Shown: in pieces, positions 7,684 to 9,954 of the stretch
Layout: the number at the start of each line of letters is the position of its first letter
Position numbering within the stretch: the first letter of the stretch is position 1
The notes under the pieces: model-generated
What the model saw: the letters and a program-made list of their open reading frames with translations, nothing else
The model's database searches: none
What the model was told of the DNA's origin: nothing
NCBI GenBank assembly: GCA_018985225.1
Contig: JADGIF010000368.1
Coordinates: 1-9,954 of the forward strand
Origin: Amoeboradix gromovi X-113
Lineage: Eukaryota > Fungi > Sanchytriomycota
Direction of reading: 5' to 3'
Length of the DNA stretch: 9,954 bases
Made by a program: the position numbers and the translations under genes

Positions 7684-7962
7684 TCAAGTTGCTTTCAATC
7701 TGTCAAACAACGACTGCTTTTGTATTTCCAACTCTTTTCTTTTCTTTTCGTTGTTGTTTTTCGTCTCTAAATAATCCTGAAGAATTTGAGAATTGAAGTC
7801 TATAGACTTTATAGTCTTTTTACGTATCTTCACTGGTTGGATAGGGATATAGTAAAATTCAGGAGTATCTGTGCTACTATGAAGCTTTTCAAGAATCGTA
7901 GAGAGAAACTGTTTATTTCTAATGCCTTGAGCGTGACTGCTAATTAGATTTCGGTGTTTCAT
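7684..7962 (-). CDS. Small hypothetical protein (92 aa) with a coiled-coil-like C-terminus
   Basis: ATG at 7962 gives MKHRNLISSHAQG...EKKRKELEIQKQSLFDRLKAT. It overlaps the last 23 nt of the cysteine synthase-like gene; no homology recognised. Confidence 0.4.
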   Translation of the reverse strand: MKHRNLISSHAQGIRNKQFLSTILEKLHSSTDTPEFYYIPIQPVKIRKKTIKSIDFNSQILQDYLETKNNNEKKRKELEIQKQSLFDRLKAT

Positions 7963-9010
7963 TTGGGGCCAAACGAGACTGCATGTACAAAGGATCCCAT
8001 AATGTAGATAAATATCTCTCTCCTCTATCACAGAGCATAGTCATAATTTTAGAGTTTGGACACTTGCGTGCCATCTGTTTACATACTTCAAAATGTAATG
8101 CAGAACTGGGTCCCAGAAATAATCCTAAATCCATTAGCTCCTGAGCGTTGTGCAAGACTTGCTCATCAGTAATTTGAAGCACATCATCAACTATTTCAAG
8201 TTCGTAAAGCTCTTGTACCAACCGACTCAATCTGGTTTGCCCAATTCCTTCCACGATCGAATCTCGCTGATGTCTATGCCTTTGCCCTTCCTTTTCTAGC
8301 GAATGAAATAATACGCCATGTTTAAACTTATTAAATAGCCCACTTCCCTGGGGATCTGCTATTATTATTTTAATTTTAGGGTTATATTCTTTCAAATACA
8401 TTGCAACTCCCCTCAAAGTACAGCCTGTTCCTAATCCCATAACAAATATGTCAATATCAGGCAAATCTTTAACTATTTCTGGACCGGTGATTTCGTAATG
8501 TGATTTCCAATTCAATTCATTCTCAAACTGATCTAAATAGATATCGCTTCCAGTTAAACTAGCTTCAGCAGCTTTTATAAAGTGGCTTGAATCCACAAAC
8601 GAAGTGTCCTGAAGAACTTTCAGTTCAGATCCTAGACCCCTCAGATATTTCGTCTTGTCCGTTGAAATATTTGGGACAAACACCTTGCAGTTCAAATTAA
8701 AGATTTTAGAAATTGTTGCCAATGAAATTGCTGTAGATCCCATTGAAGCCTCTACTACGGTCCTGGATTGTCTGGTTTTCATTCTTTTCAATGCATACAG
8801 AACAAATCTATCTTTTGAACTTCCACTTAAGTTTAAAAACTCGCATTTTCCAAATATCTTTGAACCATTAACTTCTTTGAGCAACACCATAGGAGTATTG
8901 CCAATCAAATCTTCTACTGTTTTGTAGTTTTTTCTGTGATTCTTCCTGATATTTCGATAAGCAATTGCGATTGCAGCTAATATCACTGTGGCGACTAGTG
9001 CAGATTTCAT
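7940..9010 (-). CDS. PLP-dependent cysteine synthase-like protein of the fungal MCY1/Cys12 type with N-terminal TM anchor, 356 aa
   Basis: Motifs LIGNTPMV, KCEFLNLSGSSKDR (PLP Lys), DQFENELNWKSHYEITGPEI, GLGTGCT, ADPQGSGLFNK, EKEGQRHRHQRDSIVEGIG (subfamily insert) and LCDRGERYLS. First ATG is at 9010. Confidence 0.92.
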   Translation of the reverse strand: MKSALVATVILAAIAIAYRNIRKNHRKNYKTVEDLIGNTPMVLLKEVNGSKIFGKCEFLNLSGSSKDRFVLYALKRMKTRQSRTVVEASMGSTAISLATISKIFNLNCKVFVPNISTDKTKYLRGLGSELKVLQDTSFVDSSHFIKAAEASLTGSDIYLDQFENELNWKSHYEITGPEIVKDLPDIDIFVMGLGTGCTLRGVAMYLKEYNPKIKIIIADPQGSGLFNKFKHGVLFHSLEKEGQRHRHQRDSIVEGIGQTRLSRLVQELYELEIVDDVLQITDEQVLHNAQELMDLGLFLGPSSALHFEVCKQMARKCPNSKIMTMLCDRGERYLSTLWDPLYMQSRLAPNETPKSN

Positions 9011-9133
9011 ATTGGAAAGGGGAGTCACGATTCAGTTCCGGCAAAGCAATTCAGAATTTACTAATAGCCCATCAACGCAATTAATTTAAAATCTTTAAAT
9101 GATCGCATTTTTCAGGTGCTCTGCGCGCTCCAT

Positions 9134-9634
9134 ATGAAACCAAGAAAACCAGCCTCGCTAATAAAATACAGTATATCCAGAAGAGAATTCAATACTGGTT
9201 ACAGAATATCTAGTCCAGACAGCAAAGAAACACTCGCAAAAGTCAATAGCTCGACTTATTACAATCTGGAAACATGTCTTTACGGATACTCAGTTGAAAT
9301 TAGAAAAGGTGGAATCACAACAGTTCACTACAAAATAATGATTGACAACAGTGTTGTAAAACTGGAATTCAAGAAATTTCGGAATCCCTTCTTCTATTTG
9401 GACTTCAATGGTAAAAAGAAGCAAAAGTTCAAATGGAAATTTAGAAAATTCTTGTTTTTTAAATCTCCCATGAAGCTTTATGTAAATAAAAGTCTTGTTG
9501 CAAAATACGCAATTTCTGTGTTTCCGACAAAGAAAATGGGTGTTTTGAAGCTTTATAAATCTACTAATGATTTTGAAAAGGCAGTGATAATTGCCACAAG
9601 TATGTGTATAGTGCATTATGATTCTAGAAAGTAG
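9134..9634 (+). CDS. Tubby C-terminal / LURP-one / DUF6593-like beta-barrel protein, 166 aa
   Basis: Run of short beta-strand-like segments (KFKWK, MKLY, LVAKY, KMGVLKLY) ending in one hydrophobic helix, AVIIATSMCIV. First ATG is at 9134. Confidence 0.6.
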   Translation: MKPRKPASLIKYSISRREFNTGYRISSPDSKETLAKVNSSTYYNLETCLYGYSVEIRKGGITTVHYKIMIDNSVVKLEFKKFRNPFFYLDFNGKKKQKFKWKFRKFLFFKSPMKLYVNKSLVAKYAISVFPTKKMGVLKLYKSTNDFEKAVIIATSMCIVHYDSRK

Positions 9635-9865
9635 CAGTATTGCTAGCAATAATAAATTTATTTCTTTTAAATAAAAATGATATATAGACAACCCTTAAAA
9701 AAGACTAACAATTCTGACAGGTATCCCATACTCTGTCAGCAGTAAGATAGGTTTAATGATTTTGCTACCACGTCTTTTACTCCGGCTTGGGCCTTTCGCC
9801 ATCTGCTAAAGCCGATTGCGTGACTTGAGGATCTAGTCGGTTGTGGCTATAACACTTTTTGAATT

Positions 9866-9954
9866 ATGTGGACGTAATTTCTTTTATGCAACTCTTTATT
9901 GCCGAGAAAAGTATTTGACAAAACGATTGCAATCAAATTATTGAACCGAGTTAT
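9866..9954 (+). repeat. 89-bp terminal direct repeat, copy 2 (identical to 2-90)
   Basis: Exact match to positions 2-90, running to the last base of the window. Confidence 0.97.

Noticed and set aside
6574-9691. ORFs 6574-6801, 8655-8927 and 9290-9691
   Set aside because: Alternative-frame or antisense overlaps of better-supported genes.

Overview
A gene-dense, AT-rich eukaryotic window in the standard genetic code. The gene set suggests an early-diverging or zoosporic fungus, but that is inference. Host genes are a class C (GABA-B/mGluR-like) GPCR, a 283-aa orphan, an ABHD12-like lipase, a small orphan, an MCY1/Cys12-type cysteine synthase-like protein and a Tubby-C/LURP-one-like protein. 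The GPCR is split across two ORFs by an apparent 19-nt GT-AG intron and has a PH-like C-terminal tail. The stretch 3238-6292 holds three transposon relics that the ORF track does not show as such. (i) A TA-flanked, TIR-bounded IS630/Tc1-mariner deletion derivative. (ii) A decayed, internally deleted Fanzor (eukaryotic TnpB-like RNA-guided nuclease) on the minus strand, with a related TIR at its 5' end and hairpins where an omegaRNA scaffold would lie. (iii) A MITE-like element that appears to keep only a zinc-finger/RuvC-III tail from a second Fanzor/TnpB. The window ends share an identical 89-bp direct repeat (2-90 = 9866-9954). All family calls come from motif recognition by eye; no searches were run.
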